Assembly: GCA_000165425.1 (NCBI GenBank)
Contig: CT868008.1
Coordinates: 496,001-560,000 of the forward strand
Origin: Paramecium tetraurelia
Lineage: Eukaryota
Direction: 5' to 3'
Length of the DNA: 64,000 nucleotides
In this document: piece after piece, positions 1-14,665 of the stretch
Layout: every line of letters starts with the position of its first letter
Numbering within the stretch: the first letter of the stretch is position 1
Made by a program: the position numbers and the translations under genes
Notes under the pieces: generated by a model
Database searches by the model: none
Seen by the model: only the letters and a program-made list of their open reading frames with translations
Told to the model about the DNA's origin: nothing

Positions 1-97
1 TAGATAACTAATATAAATGCATTGTTTTAAATATTCTTAACGATGTTTTTAGCTAGAGATTTCTGATTAATAACATAAATTCAATTAAAATTTAATT

Positions 98-1533
98 ATG
101 AATAATGAATCTCACCAAATGAAATCGCCCATCATTTAAAGAAAAGTAGTGTTCTTATTAAATGAAGAGTTCTGAGTACGAACCTCAACGTATTCTTGTA
201 GGTGTTACGGGAGGATCAGCCGCTGGCAAAACTACTCTTTGCGAAACAATCAAAAGGGAAATCCAATATGATTCTGATGTAGATATGACTATTCTTTCTT
301 GCGATTCCTTTTACAAAGGAGTGGATAAATCATTCTATGACATTTCTTAATATAACTTTGATCATCCAGACTCATTGGATTTTGATAATGCCTTTGAAGT
401 CATTTCCACATTGCTTTCAGGAAGACCTGCTTCAGTACCAATTTATTGTTTTGTTAATCATAAAAGATTAGATCAATGTTCGATAATGCTGCCTGCTCAA
501 GTTATAGTCTTCGAGGGTATTATGGCACTTTATGATGAAAGAATAAGAGATTTGATGTCTTATAAAATATTTATTCATTGTGATGGTATTTATTAATTTA
601 AATAAAGATGATATTCGTTTATGCCGTCGTATACTAAGAGATGTCAAAGAAAGACAAAGAACTGTTGAAAGTGTGCTTTTTTAGTATACCAAATTCGTGA
701 AAAGAGCATTTGAGAATTTCATCGAGCCTTTGATGAGTTAAGCAGATTTAATTATACCTGGTCACAGATCAAACCATGTTTCTGTTGCATTCATAGTAAA
801 CCATTTGAAAAACATGGCAAAGTAAAATGGATTACTTAGAGAGAAATTAAATACTCTTATCTATTTCGGCGATTTATTATATTCAATTGATGGGTTCATG
901 AGAAATAGAACTAAAGTAGACTTTTCAAATCCAAATGCTACATTCAAATAATTATTCTTTCCTGAAGAAAATACAAAACCAGATTTTCTTTATATTACAC
1001 AGAATTTTGTAGCTGGTAAACTGGTCAATTAAAAATAGATATATAAAGTCATAAAGTAATGCTTTAAAAATACTTTACTTATGCTTGAAAAATGCTTACA
1101 GTAAGATAAATACGAAATCGATTAATTGTAATGTGTTCATCTTGATGAAATTCTATCAAGCAAATTTTAAGTTAAAGAGAACACTCAATTCATAGTATTG
1201 GCCATTCCAATATTATTTAAGAGTGGATTAAAAAAATTGCATTAAATTGAAGAAAAGATTAAATAGTATTAAGATGTATGATTCCTCATATTAATTTAGG
1301 TATAATTAATTGTTGTGAATGTATTTTCTGATATCAAGACCATTACAGATATAAATTGGACTTTTAAAAAATTGAGAATATATGTTAATGCATTTTTAGT
1401 TGGTAAGTTGGATAAGTTCTTTTCAATTATGAATGTATCCTCTTAATCTGAACCAGAATCGTATTATAAGCAAGATAAATTCTTTTAGAAGTTGAAGAGA
1501 TTTATAGAAAAAAGGTAAACAAAAAAGAATTGA
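98..1533 (+). CDS. Uridine/cytidine kinase with C-terminal extension
   Basis: P-loop GVTGGSAAGKTT, then LSCDSFY, YNFDHPDS, FEGIMALY and RLCRRILRD motifs. ATG at 98 joins the kinase frame through a 22-nt intron (146-167). Further tiny introns follow; TGA at 1531-1533. Confidence 0.9.
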
Positions 1534-2017
1534 ATGTTGATATATGTATATAATTATATTGTATATAAATTTAATTCTAGCATTCATGGTGTATATAAAT
1601 GAATGCTAAAATTGAAAATAAAAACCTAGTATCACTTTATTGCAATCTGAATAATTAAAATAATATTAATTTGAGTATGTTTATAAATAAATTAATTTTA
1701 AATTAATTTGTTATTTATGATAAGGGGTTTTATGATCGAAACATGAATCACTAACTTTCATATCTTCAATTTTATTAGTTTCTGTTTAAGGATAAATAGC
1801 GAAATGTAATAATTATTAATTTCGATTAATCGATGTAATCTAAGATATGCCGTATTATTATTCTATTATTTTTTATCCATTCTTTTTTATATTAATTGTA
1901 CCTATAATGGGATTTTCAAATTTTGCAAGGCTTATAGATAAAGAAATATTATTTTTTTTAAAACCCAGCTTTCCACTACATTAATTGATATCAACAATTA
2001 AGTTGAAAAATAAATAA

Positions 2018-4461
2018 ATGTTTTAAAAAATATATCATTAGATATAATTATCTGGATACCATCTTGATTAAAAAAATCAATTCGCAAAAATATATTCTTA
2101 ATTGTAATTTAAATATTTATTATGCTTGCTCTTTGTAAAGCATTAAACAAAGAAAGAATTCTTTAGTTCTTTTTGATAATAGATGGCTTAATAGTTCATA
2201 TGTAGACTTACGTAACTCAAGACTTTAGCTTTTTGGTTATCGGCCTAACTTTAGCATGCTTTCATTTGATTATACTTTGTTTCGAGTACATGTGTTAAAA
2301 GAAATCTAACTTAATCTTGTTAATATGTTTGATTAAGGGAGTTGTAATCATAGGAGTGTCTTATCTACTAATGCCTTAATGGTAAATTTATACTGGGATT
2401 TAGATAGTGTTGATCATTCAACTGAACGAATAGTATTTAAAATTAACAACATTGTTTTTCTTTTTAGCATGCATTCCATGCATTTGCTTCGGAAATGTTT
2501 CTGAAATTACAGTGGAAATTTTGAGAGCAGTAGTTAATTTCTTTTTGATTCTCCAAATTTACAAAAAGAAAGGAAATCAATCCTTTATCAACATAAAGAG
2601 TCTTTTATCTTAAATTTCATCTGAGGAATTTTGTATATTGGATATGCAATACAATCCAGTTTATGAATCCAAATTATTTTATTCAATTATAAAAGAGTAG
2701 GTTATGAATATATCTGATCATTATTAAAGCAGAATTTTAACACCCAGAGATTAAACAACAAATCTTGTGAAACAATCAAATTGCTTGGAAAATATCACAA
2801 CAAGACCTTCATTATTGATTGGCGATATAATTGATTAATTAAAAAAGAAAATTCTTAAATTAGATCAAAAATTAATTTTTGAGCCAACCAACACTTCCCT
2901 TTATTAAGTGAGTGTCTAAAAATTACTAATAGAAAACCAAGAATTTATATTGCTCATCAAACATAAGTTATACAACATCGAGTCATTCAAACTGCAATCA
3001 CAACAACAAAAGGAATAAGTTTAAACAATGATTAAAACACTTCACAAAGTTTCACATGATATGAGAAACCCTTTGAATGCAATAATTAATATGCAAATGT
3101 GTTTGTCAGAATTGATAGACCCTAACCTCTTTCAAAAATTCTTAAAGCCTTCTCTAAATTCCTGTCATCTACTCTTAAATTTAATAAATGATATTTTGGA
3201 TGCAGCTCAAATTGAAAACAAATCCATAAGAATTGTGTGTCGTAAATTCAATCTAGCCAAATTAATAGACAAAACAATATCCCTCTTTGATTTACTTAAG
3301 GAGAAGAAGGGGCTCAATATCACTTTTAATTATGATCCTAAGTTGCCACTCAAAATAAATTCTGATAAACTAAGAATTCGATAAATCATTATGAATCTAT
3401 TGAGTAACGCTGTCAAATATACCCAACCAAAAGGATCTATTTTAATCGAATGCATTTAAAGTGAGTAAAAATCAAATTCAATTATTATTTCGGTTTAGGA
3501 TTCTGGAATGGGAATCAAGTCAGAAAATCTTAAAAAGCTCTTTTAAGAATTCTCTAAAGTGAATGATTTGGAAAATTAAAAAGCCAATCCCTTTGGAATA
3601 GGATTAGGTCTAATGATTAGTAATGAATTAGCCAAATTACTGTCTACAAATCATTCGATAGGAATTTAGGTTTAGTCAGAATACGGAACTGGATCTAAAT
3701 TTTATTTCGAAATCGAAAATGAAGAGCAACCTTCTGAAGACATTTCTGATTCACAGATATCTCAAAAATTAGCCTAGAAAATACCAACATTAGAATTTAG
3801 AATCCTTTAAAATATAATCTAATAAAAGTCGCCCACAGTTTCAATAGCCATTCCTATGGGAGAGAGTAGCAAAAGAATTATTTAAAAAAAGAATCTAAAG
3901 GCTATCAATTTCATGACTAGCTCATTAAATTACTAGGCAACTCTGAGGATTAGAAATGAGTCGGAAAGAAATTTATCGAATAAACCATCTATTCAAAGTC
4001 GTTTAATTCAAAATCTATTATAAAAATGGAATGAATTGACTTAGCAACATCCTCCCATTCTTATTGTTGATGATAATGAATTTAATATTTTAGCATTATA
4101 ATATTTACTAGAACTAAGTGGAATCAGTTCAGATTCTGCTATGAATGGAATCATTTCAATAGAGAAGGTAAATGATAGATTGAAAGATAACATCCCCTTT
4201 TAATTAATATTTATGGATTTGGAAATGCCACTCATGCTTGGTTTAGAGGCTTCAACTCGGATTCATAAATTAGATAGAAATGTTACGATTGTAGCATGCT
4301 CTGGTCATAAATTAACATAAGAAATAGTCGAATAATTCAAGGATTGTGGAATAGCTTTTGGTGTTGAAAAACCAATCACAAAGATTAAACTAAAAGATTT
4401 GCTTTTAAAGCTATCTGATGGAATCAGATGTGATAGTTCTTAATTTTCTTAATTATTTTGA
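2018..4461 (+). CDS. Hybrid sensor histidine kinase (TM region, HisKA, HATPase, receiver)
   Basis: H-box VSHDMRNPL, N-box QIIMNLLSNAVKYT, G1 VQDSGMGI, G2 GIGLGLMIS and receiver LIVDDNEFN...FMDLEMP...EKP. Hydrophobic N-terminal segments. The start position is approximate. Confidence 0.9.
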
Positions 4462-4644
4462 TTAAATTTTGTATATAAAATTAAGAAATTCTGCGATGAA
4501 TATTATCCTTATTTATTTTTTATTTTTATTTTATAATAGAGAATAAAGAGGTTGTATAAAATTATTATTAACATATATTAATTCATTTCTGAATTTTTTA
4601 AAGTTTAATGATTAACACCTTTCTGTAATGAAACTAATAGAAGG

Positions 4645-4666
4645 GAAGAGGGCAAGAAGAGGGCAA
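4645..4666 (+). repeat. Perfect 11-nt tandem duplication GAAGAGGGCAA x2
   Basis: Directly visible purine-rich duplication in AT-rich intergenic DNA. Confidence 0.8.
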
Positions 4667-5905
4667 GAAATAATTAGTGTTTAGAATTATTTTAACTCAA
4701 ATAAAAGATTATGTAAATCAATATTGATTTATTATTATTTTCTTTTCTTTATGAATAGACCCAAATCAAATTAGATAAAATAAATTAAAATGATTTCATT
4801 TCCAGTTTCTGCTTGTAATATTCATATATAATATAAATGAATAAATGAGTCATTTCTTAAGAAGAGTTTGGCAATTAGAACTGATAATCTTAAATAAATA
4901 ATTAAAAGCTAAACCTCAAGTTTACTTTATAATGGATATATTCACTTTATAGTTGTGATAAAATAGAAACAATCATCTAAGAGTTAGGATCAATGTTTTA
5001 TTCATTTTATATATATTTTAATAGTGACGTAAAATTAGAAAATAAATTAATTACTTTTTGGTGACGTAAGTGGATTTAACTTAAAATACTCTATTAAATG
5101 AATTTATAAGCACTATTAATACTTCTAATTCTATCATTTAATGTGTTCTTGATCTTTTGGCAAAGAATATCAGATATTTCTATTATTCTTCAATCAAGAT
5201 TTTAATTCATCATAAAATAATATCAACAAATTAAATTATGGCAAAATTCCAATATATATAAATAATATTAAATCAAAGAATGTTATTCTATTAAAAGAAA
5301 TATACCTATATACTCAATAATTTGGAACTATATTAATTATAATCTAAAATAAATTCAATCATTTGAAATCTAATATTTTTACATTCACTATTTAAATAGA
5401 ATTATGGCAGAGCATTATAAAAATTTCAATTCTTATAATTATTTTAAGTTTTATTGAAATTATCAAATATTAAAAAAAAGTTTAGTTTAAATAAAGCACA
5501 ATCATTTTATTATTTCACAATTAAATAGAAATATTTAAACCTCTAATTCATCTCTCAATTTTATTAAAACCCGACTTACTTAATAATTAAAATTAATATT
5601 CTAGAGAAAATTTTTTTTAAGTTGATTTAAATCTCTGGTAGTTGCAAAGTTACATTAAATTATGATTGATTATATTCTATATTATAATGAAGATTAATAG
5701 AAAATTACAAATAATTATAACATTTCAAATTTATATGTTCAGCTTTATACAAATTATAAGGAAATTGATATTAAGCTTACTAAGCATATTGTAAATGTAG
5801 AGTTAATCTATATATAAGATTAAATCGATATCTTATTCAATTAAGCTCCTTTTGTAAATAGAATTATTTTTTATCTTGACCACTTAATTTTAAGAATTTT
5901 TTTTA

Positions 5906-6772
5906 ATGATTAAATTCCAGATTATAGATGTGGCTGCAAAGACTTATAAAGCTTATACATCATCCTAGCAATCCTCTGTTAACTTTAAATTCTTCACTAA
6001 CTACAGATTAGGTGAGAATAAGAAGCTGAGAATTTTTGATTTTTTTGAAGTTGTTATTTTTTGTGAGAAAGAGAGGAAGTTCATTATTACTAGATTAAAT
6101 GAATATAATGAAATTGAAATTCATTGTGCTTCTATTGATCTCATTTAGCAAAAACTTAAAGACTAATACATTTCCGATTCCTCTATAGTATAGATTGACA
6201 GTATTTAAAAAGAATGCATAGAGTTAAATGGGGAGCAGAAATTCCAAAAGATAGTTTCGGTCAATGTTAAAAATGACCATTTCATAATAGTCCTGATTGA
6301 TCGATTATTAGCGTACAGTCTTTATTCAATATGTGGAAAATCAAATGAAAAACCAACTCCTCTAGCACAAATTATGTTCAATCCAATTTTGGTCTCTAAC
6401 AGACCTTATATCTCAAGTTATGACGAAACAAAGCTCTATTTATTCTAAAGGAATGGCAGATACACCAATAAAAATAATCTGATAACTATAAATTACAAAG
6501 TTATAGACTGTTAGCATAGTGATAAAGCATAGTTAAATTCAAAATTTTCATTCTCAAGTCCCATAGTGGCTTAAAGTACAGAGACCATGTTATCATATAT
6601 TTAAGAAGTAAAAATTAGAGAGAAAAATATTTTCAAGATGAAGATTTACACAGAATTTTAGAAGAAATATTTCAAATAAGTAATTATTTTTGAAATTGGA
6701 CAACCTGTGGCTATTAAGAGCTCAAAAGAAGTTTAAAAACAACCTGAGGAAGGTCAAATCGAAATATTTTGA
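5906..6772 (+). CDS. Hypothetical protein (~288 aa)
   Basis: Continuous TGA-free frame under the ciliate code from ATG 5906 (MIKFQIIDVAAKTYK) to TGA 6770-6772. No motif recognised. Confidence 0.65.
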
Positions 6773-6897
6773 GAAAAATCAGCAAATAAATAAAGATTTA
6801 AGTTTGAGAAAGCCTATATATATCTACACTTTATCAATTCTCCTTTGTTAATATTTTCAGATTAAAATTTTTTTATAAATAATATATAAAATATCAT

Positions 6898-8700
6898 TCA
6901 ATTGAATTTTTTTAATATATAGTATTCCTTCATAATCTATGAAAATTCTTTATCATTTGGTAATTAGAATATTTGTATGACTGGTATATGATTTTATTTA
7001 GAATCTAAGCTCTTGCTTTCCTTAAAAGACTTAAACCATAATAATTTTCTGTTTTGTATATATTATTCAATAACTTTGGACATGACAGATTTATCAATTT
7101 GAACTGTTTTGACTTAGGAAGTAGTAAACAACGGAGTCTCATTGTTTTGACCAAAATAATTTTTAATCAATCTCCAAAATTTATCTTTAAAGGCACGTTT
7201 CTAAAACTTTTTAGATTTAAAGACTTTAATAATCATTCTTACTACATTAAATATAACATACCTTTTGAAACCATTTTAGTATGAGCTATTACAGCAGTTT
7301 GAAAGATTAAAGTTTTTTTCAAAAAGTCAGTAGCAATTCTTTATGCTCTTAATTTACATTTTTCTTACAGATGGATACTCATTGTCTTTAATAGTAGCAA
7401 AGATTTATTGGTACATCTTTCAAATGGATTTTGTCCAAATTATTACACTTCTATCAATAATTTTGTTTTAATTCTCAATACTATTAACCTTGCTTTTGCT
7501 TGAATCCTAAGTTTTCTTTTCCTTTCCTATGTTATTTAGGAATAATTACATGTAAAATATTATACGCAAATCTCCCAATGTTTATTAAAGAAATTATTTT
7601 TTCCCAGTATTGGCATTAATTCTGTCTTTCTAGTTTTTATTATAAAATGCTTTTTTCAACTTTGCGAAATTCTTGAATTTAGGATTTTACCATCATTTTA
7701 ATACTTCTATCTTCTTATTTCTCTTTTACTAGTTGTTTTCCTTTTTCAACTACTGAAATCATCTTTTTAGCAGTCACTTCTAAATAGATTTTTATTTTTA
7801 TTTATACCTGCTCCCTTTAAAAATTCTTTAAGTTTATAAGTACTTTTATATCGAGATTAATCTAAGTTTTAAAGAATTTTGTCTTTTTTAGGCGATACAC
7901 TCTGTTTATCATCCCAATATTTGAAATGTCTTAAAGGTTCTTATTATTTCTCATTCAAAGTTGAATTATGTAACTCTCCAAATACTAAATGAATACTGAT
8001 GATGAAATCTGACTCAGCATATAATGTCATGAAAATATAATCCTCGAAAAATAATTTGGTTCCTGATTTAGTTTTCACTTTGATTGATCTACTCGATGTA
8101 GATTGCTCGCAATTAAATTTTGTTGGAAATTCAACGCTGGTTGATAAAAACACCTTGTATATCTAATTTTGTGAGTGGTTTGGAAAAGTAAAATATATTT
8201 ATAATGGACTTAGCTTATTTTTTACTCTGGCTCTAAAATAATAAAATTTAAATCTATAAATTTAGATTCGATTTAGCTTCTCAGCATTTAAATCGCACAA
8301 ATTTAGACCATCTGCTGTTTTTAGGAAATTAGGGTTGCTTATTTATACAATTTCTTGTTTAATTGGCTATGGTAATTCTTATTTGACTTTATTGAATTCA
8401 CTTATAACTCTAAAATTATCTTCAAAATCATTATAAACATTATTGAGATTTAAAGGTAGTAATCTTGAAATATCATCTTTGCTCCTATGAGTTTATTTTT
8501 AGGTGATTCTTTTAATTAGTTTTGCAGTTCCATTCTCTTCAATTTGTTTGTCCAATGAAAAATTGGATGATAACTTTCTAATACTGTTAACCCTATATAA
8601 ATAGAATAATTGATTACATAGTCATTGATTGGTTCATCAAGGAGGTTTAAGATTGTGTTAGTTTAGAAGAACTTCTTTAAAGTAATCTGCTTTTTATCAT
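6898..8700 (-). CDS. Tandem family paralogue A (beta-sandwich + coiled coil + degenerate IQ-like)
   Basis: Contains RFKFYYFRARVKNKLSPL...FLSTSVEFPTKFNCE, shared with four neighbours. Intron near the 5' end; TGA at 6898-6900. Confidence 0.8.
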
Positions 8701-8715
8701 ATTATATATATATAA

Positions 8716-10828
8716 TCAGAGTAATTTTTTAATTTTACCGTATTTTTCAATTATTTAAATCAACTCTTTTCTTTTAGGAAGTTCATATAATTAAGGTTCT
8801 TTCAAGTTGATAGCAAAATCTTTCATTTTCTAATTATTGAGTATTTAATACCTTATGGAAATCCTTTTCAAAGAATTTATTATTTATGTATTCATACCAA
8901 ATCTATTTTTTTTACTTCGAATATTCATCAATCAATTAATTTGCACAAATGCTAAATAATATTGTCTTTATAGTACGTATCCATTTGCTATACAGGTTTA
9001 TCATTATTATCATAAAATGTTTTTTTCCCATATTATCTTTAGAGCTCATCAATGGTTTAATTAATATTGTCTTTAATGAGTTTCAAGAATTTATCTCTAT
9101 AAGTTAATTTCTTTTATTTCAAAGTTCTAAAATTCTATTGGATCTAAATTACTTAAAGATATTAAATAAAGGATACTTTTTTTTAATGTTTTATCATGTT
9201 AATGTACTATAGTAACTGCCAATCTCATTTAAGTAAAATATTTAGCCAAAATTGCTTCAGACTTTTTTTTAATGCTGTGTTTTAAATTGATAGCGATCAT
9301 TTTTAAAGCAATACAACTTTTTGTAATTGTTCTTTCCTTAGTGGTATAACCATATTCTTTTGCTGAAATTAATGCTTTAGTTTTAATAGTCCAAACCAAT
9401 AATTTGCCTCTTGCTTAAACCTTGGACTTTTTCTTATTATCCTACAAATTAGAATACATCACATACTTTAATAGTATTAAATAATGAATCAATAAAAAGG
9501 ATATATTTTATTATACTACCCCAACTTAATGATACTTTATATGCATAAGCCTTTCGAATACTAAAGGAACGCTCTATCTCTCTAAATTGAGATATTTACT
9601 CTTATAGTAACAATCTATCTCTTCTAGATTACTATCGTTCACTATAATTATTTTTTTTATTTTGCTATACTAATTCAATTTTTTGTTTCTTAATTTTAGA
9701 ATGTTGTTCTATTTATACTTTTCTCTTTTCTAATTCATAGATAAATGTTTTTTATTTCTGTTGATAATCCTCTTCTAATTCCCTTCTTTTTTATATTTGC
9801 AGTTCTTCAATCTTCTTTATTCTCTCCTCTTTTGTAAGACCTTAAAATTCTTTGCCTATCTTTGTTAGTAGAGTGCTCAATTTAGATTACACAGGTTGAT
9901 GTATTTTAATAAATTTCCTTCTTTCAGAATTTTCAGTTTAAACTCTACTAGATTCTGCTTCTCTTTCAATTGATGATTAATAGATATGTGATTTGATATG
10001 GGAAAACCCTTTAGTGGCTCTTGCTTCATCAGAATGAACCATCATTAATTTGGGCGATCTGGATTCCTTTCCTCTTGATGGTGTTTTTTCAGTGTTAAAT
10101 TATCCAAAATGTACAGTAATTTTTAAAATAAAATCAACATGAGAATAGAATGTTAGATATAGAAATTCTTCTTTAAAGTAATGTGCTTGAGGATTACTTG
10201 AATAGACTTTTGCATAATTACTTTAAACGAATTAATCCGCATTGAATTTAGTTGGAAATTCAATTTTAACCGAGAGCATCAATTTAAATAGTAAGAATGA
10301 TAATGATTCTGGCAGTTATAAGTGAATGTGAACTGGCGTGGGTTTTTCTAAAATTCTTAACCTGAAATAATAAAATTAGTATCTATCAATTTAGATTTGA
10401 TTAACTCCATTTTGATCTAAGTCTGATAACTTTAACCCATCAAAAGTCTTGATCAGTTAATTATTTTATTTTTTGAATTCCACTGACAAATTTTCTTAAA
10501 CTGTCTTAATTCTGTCAAGTGATCCAAGTCCTTAATAATTTTGCTCATATTAATTATACAATTCTAATATCGCTTCTTCAACTTTAAAAAAAAGGTTGCT
10601 TTCTGATTTGTGTATATGTGTATTTTACGCTTTTATTTTTTCAAACAATGTATTCGCTCTGGACTTACTGTCTTAGAAATCTGAAAGTGTAAGTTAACTT
10701 CGATTGCTTTTCAGAAATTCCTTATTCGGTGTCTTTAATTTTTAGTTAAAGTAAAATCTTTGGTTCTACATAGAGCTTAAGGTAAGAGTTTTGGAACTTG
10801 ATTATCTCATTTAATCTGAGTTTATCAT
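8716..10828 (-). CDS. Tandem family paralogue B
   Basis: Contains RYQFYYFRLRILEKPTP...LSVKIEFPTKFNAD, IQ-like IQQNFRTLKQKK and C-terminal KEPQLYELP...IIEKY. Confidence 0.8.
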
Positions 10829-10850
10829 ATTAATATATATCATCATATTC

Positions 10851-12766
10851 TCAAATCATTTTTTTATGTTTTGCATACAACTCAATTATTTCAGCCACTT
10901 CATTAATTTGTGGAAGTTAGAACAGTTTAGGCTCTTGAAACTTAATCAAGGCTTTTCTAATCTCATCGCTTTTTCTCTCATTTAAATAAAGAGTCAGTTG
11001 TTTGTCTTGAATCTTTTGACGTATAAATGCCAACCACATCTGCTTTTGCCTACAATAATAATTATCTATCTAGAATTGCATTAATTGATTATCAATTTGA
11101 AAAGCATAAATTTATTTTTAACTCCTGCTCCTCTATTTTGGATTACTTTGACTTTGAGTAAGTCCCCTTATAACTTCCTTGTAGTTCCGTATTACCAATT
11201 GCCAAAACTCCTCGTAATACTTTTTCTTCTATCTCTAAAAGAATCTGAACTTGTTCTACAGGACTATTACTAAGTAAAAATAGATTTGTTATTATTACCA
11301 TAATGTCTAGTCTTGAGTAGTCTATGTCCCAAATGGATAATAGAGATACATTCCTTAATAAATGAAGTAGCAATGGCTTGGGCTTTCCGTTTTCTTAAAC
11401 ATTGAATTTAGGCAGTAAACATTTGAATTGCTAATAAGCTTTTACAAAATGATCTTCTCTCAGGTGTTGGTCCGAACTTCCTGATATTAATCAATAGATT
11501 TAATCCACATCTTAAAGCTTTAATTCTCCCATTGGCCTTAATGCTCATCTTGCATTTAAATTACTAATTATATTAATAAATTCTATTACTATCAATTTAG
11601 TTTTAAGTTGAGCAATAAACCTAATTAAATTGACAAGTTGGGCCCAAAACAATTCTCCTTATATTTTTTTATTCAACTTTAATTTATAAATCTTTTCAAA
11701 TAATCTGTAATCGTTTCTTAGCATTTAGGCACTGTATTATGTTTTTAATTTTATCTTTTGTTCGCAATCAATCTCTTATTTTTTTTAGATAACTTACTTC
11801 CTTTTCGATTCTCTTTCACTCTATTTTATATTTAATTGATTTTACAAGTAATCCAGCCAAGAGATCAGTTTTTTTTACCAATTGAAATTGACTTGTATCA
11901 AGATTCCTTTTAATTAAATCAATTTTTGTATTTGCTATCAGACCTGGGAATTTGGGATACTCTCTTTTTATTATTTACTTTTTGGGCGATTTACTCTATT
12001 GGACCCAACCAAATTATATTTTAATTCTTACAATTACATCAATTTCTGTATAGAAGGTTACGTAAAGGTAGTTTTCTTGAAATATGCCTTCCGGACTGCT
12101 TGTATAGATCTTACAAAAATTAGAGGTGAGATTATGTTCTGCATTAAATTTAGTAGGAAATTCATGCTGAGTAGAAAGATATAATTTATATTAGGCAGAA
12201 TTTATTTGATTTTCAAATTGAATTGTGAGTAATAGAGGAGATTATTATTTCGATATGGAAGCTCGGAAATAATAAAATTTAAAGCGATTAATATGTAATC
12301 TCTAATTCAACTCTTAATCAATATCACAAAACTATAAATTTGCAATTCGAGTTTCTGCTTGAGAAGGATTCTTTATTGAGTTTTAGCTTCTAACCTAACT
12401 CTAATGAGGTTTTTCCTCTGTCTTTATATCCAATGAGATATTGAGATCAGTTTTAATCTTCTACACAATTTTGTAATTATTCTCAAATTCATCATAAAGC
12501 TCCATGAAAGAAGGAGGTATAGCTTAAATCTGATTCTGTTCCTTTTTAACATCTTTGATATCAATAAGAGTAGGCGTTTAATTTAATACCTAACTTGTAT
12601 GCGTGTATGAAATTGATTATAGACTGCTGGTTGTAAGGAAGCTTAAAATATATTTAGAAGGCTACTTTAATTTTCTTTATGAATTTAGAAAATATGTATT
12701 GCTGCTTGTTGTTGTGGTTATTTGTCTTTACTTAGGAGCCTTAAATGATGATAGTTAGGGTATCAT
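10851..12766 (-). CDS. Tandem family paralogue C
   Basis: Contains RFKFYYFRASISKQQSPL...YLSTQHEFPTKFNAE, LQNKFRFFQRQKK and C-terminal QEPKLFQLP...IIELYA. Confidence 0.8.
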
Positions 12767-12787
12767 AAAATAAAAATATAAGTAAAT

Positions 12788-14637
12788 TCATATTAAGTTT
12801 TTAATCAAAGCATACTATTCAATTATTAATGTTATATCATTTATTGAAGGATCTCGGAACAGCCTAGGTTCCTTGATCTAAAATGCAACTGCTTTCAATC
12901 TATCGAATTAAGAAGGAAATTAGAAGGAATAAATCGAGTATCGTTTAATTCTTTTGAAATGGATGTATTCAAGCCAATTCTTTTTTATCTTGAATAGATA
13001 AGACTCTACCAAGGGAATCATAGAATTTCTATTTCATAAATATTCAACAGTACGTATCGATCAAATAAATTGAGGGTCTTTTTAGCAACACTGGTTTCTC
13101 TGGCATTTATTTGCCTTTATTTTAGAGTTCAGTTAAAACCTAAAGATAAAGTTAATTAATGTTTTTCCAAAATCTATCATAAAATAATCTTTTTTAATTT
13201 TTTAACCATCTGAATTTGACTTAGACACTAAGAACAATTGATCTAACTTTAATCATCCTATTTTTTAAAGAAATCACTGGAAGCGTTTAAGTTAAAACTG
13301 AATGCAAAACTTAAGTTGCCTACAATCTTATTGTTTTTTTTATATGTCTTGCATGACTTTTCAGAACCATTTTGGCTTAATAAATGCTTCTCTCTTGGAT
13401 TGTATTTCCGTTTCTTTTGAGGACCAATAAAATGTTAAGTTTCCATCTCCAAGCTAAAAGCATTCCTGATGCCCTTATGTGATAGGCTTTTTTGATTTCA
13501 TTCAGACAGAGATTCAAAGAGTCCACCAATTGTAATACAAAGACTGTTTGTAACCAATTGATTTAAAGTTATTATAAGACACTATATCTTTGTTTAAATG
13601 TTCTCTCATATTTCCTATATTCTGGTATGATTTATCGAGCTTAATATTTTAATAATTTTGATATTTAGAACTCTCGAGATACAATTTTTTTATTTTGCAA
13701 GGCACTTTTTAATTTGCTTATTCTTTCAGACTATGTAGATAATTAGATATACTTATAAGTCAAATAAAAACTTAAACTTTTTATTCATGCAATTTTGTGT
13801 GACATTTAAATTTCTGACAATTTTATCTTTATTCGTAAATATGCTTCTTCTAAATTGACTTTCCTCAACTTGTATATCAGGTAATTATTCACTAACTTCA
13901 GATTTTTATTTTTTTGCAATATTTTCTGTTTGATTTAAAGATTGCTTTCCAAATTGAACTTTTATATTCAATCTCGTATCAGTTTCACAATGCAGAGAAA
14001 TATATAAATAATTTTCATGAAATTTTTTATGATTGTGTTAACTTTATAAAGTAGCATATTTTGATTAAACAAATTAATCTGCATTGAAAGATGAAGGGAA
14101 TTCTACCTTTGTAGACAAATAAATCTTAAGCCCCATCACTCTTTCTATAAAATTGAAGCATAATGACAAAGGAGAAGGTCTGCCCTTAATTTTCAGGCGA
14201 AAATAATAAAATTTAAATCTTGCGATAACTAACTTATTCTTCTGCTCACAAAATAGCTCTTCTGAATCAAATGACCTAGCACTCTTCACTGCTTGAATAG
14301 GCTGTGTCATAATCACTTCAAACTGGCTTTATTTTGAAGAAAAAGGTTCAGTTTAATTAATGTGTCCCAACAGTTTATAGTTTCTAGAAAAGTCATCATA
14401 AAGTTCTAAAATTTCCTCATCCAATGGGATCAATTCTGCTGGACTCAATTTCCTTCTCAATGCCAGAGGGTCTCTGTTCTAAACTTTGATCCTTGATTAA
14501 AATGCCATCGATGCTTATTCTTGACTTTACGAAAGAGAAATTTGACTTCTAGTCGATTATGCAGCCCTATTGTATAGATATGGAGTGTTACAATTGTGAT
14601 TTATAAGAGAAGAAATAGAATGCCTTTTGGTTTTCAT
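12788..14637 (-). CDS. Tandem family paralogue D
   Basis: Contains RFKFYYFRLKIKGRPSPL...YLSTKVEFPSSFNAD, VQVKFRWLKNQK and C-terminal KEPRLFRDP...IIEQYA. Confidence 0.8.
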
Positions 14638-14665
14638 CCATTTTATAATATATAAAAAAATAGTT

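Noticed and set aside
4470..5900. Hidden gene or retained IES/transposon in the long AT-rich gap
   Set aside because: No sustained frame, terminal inverted repeats or transposase motifs were seen. IES status cannot be judged without a germline/somatic comparison.
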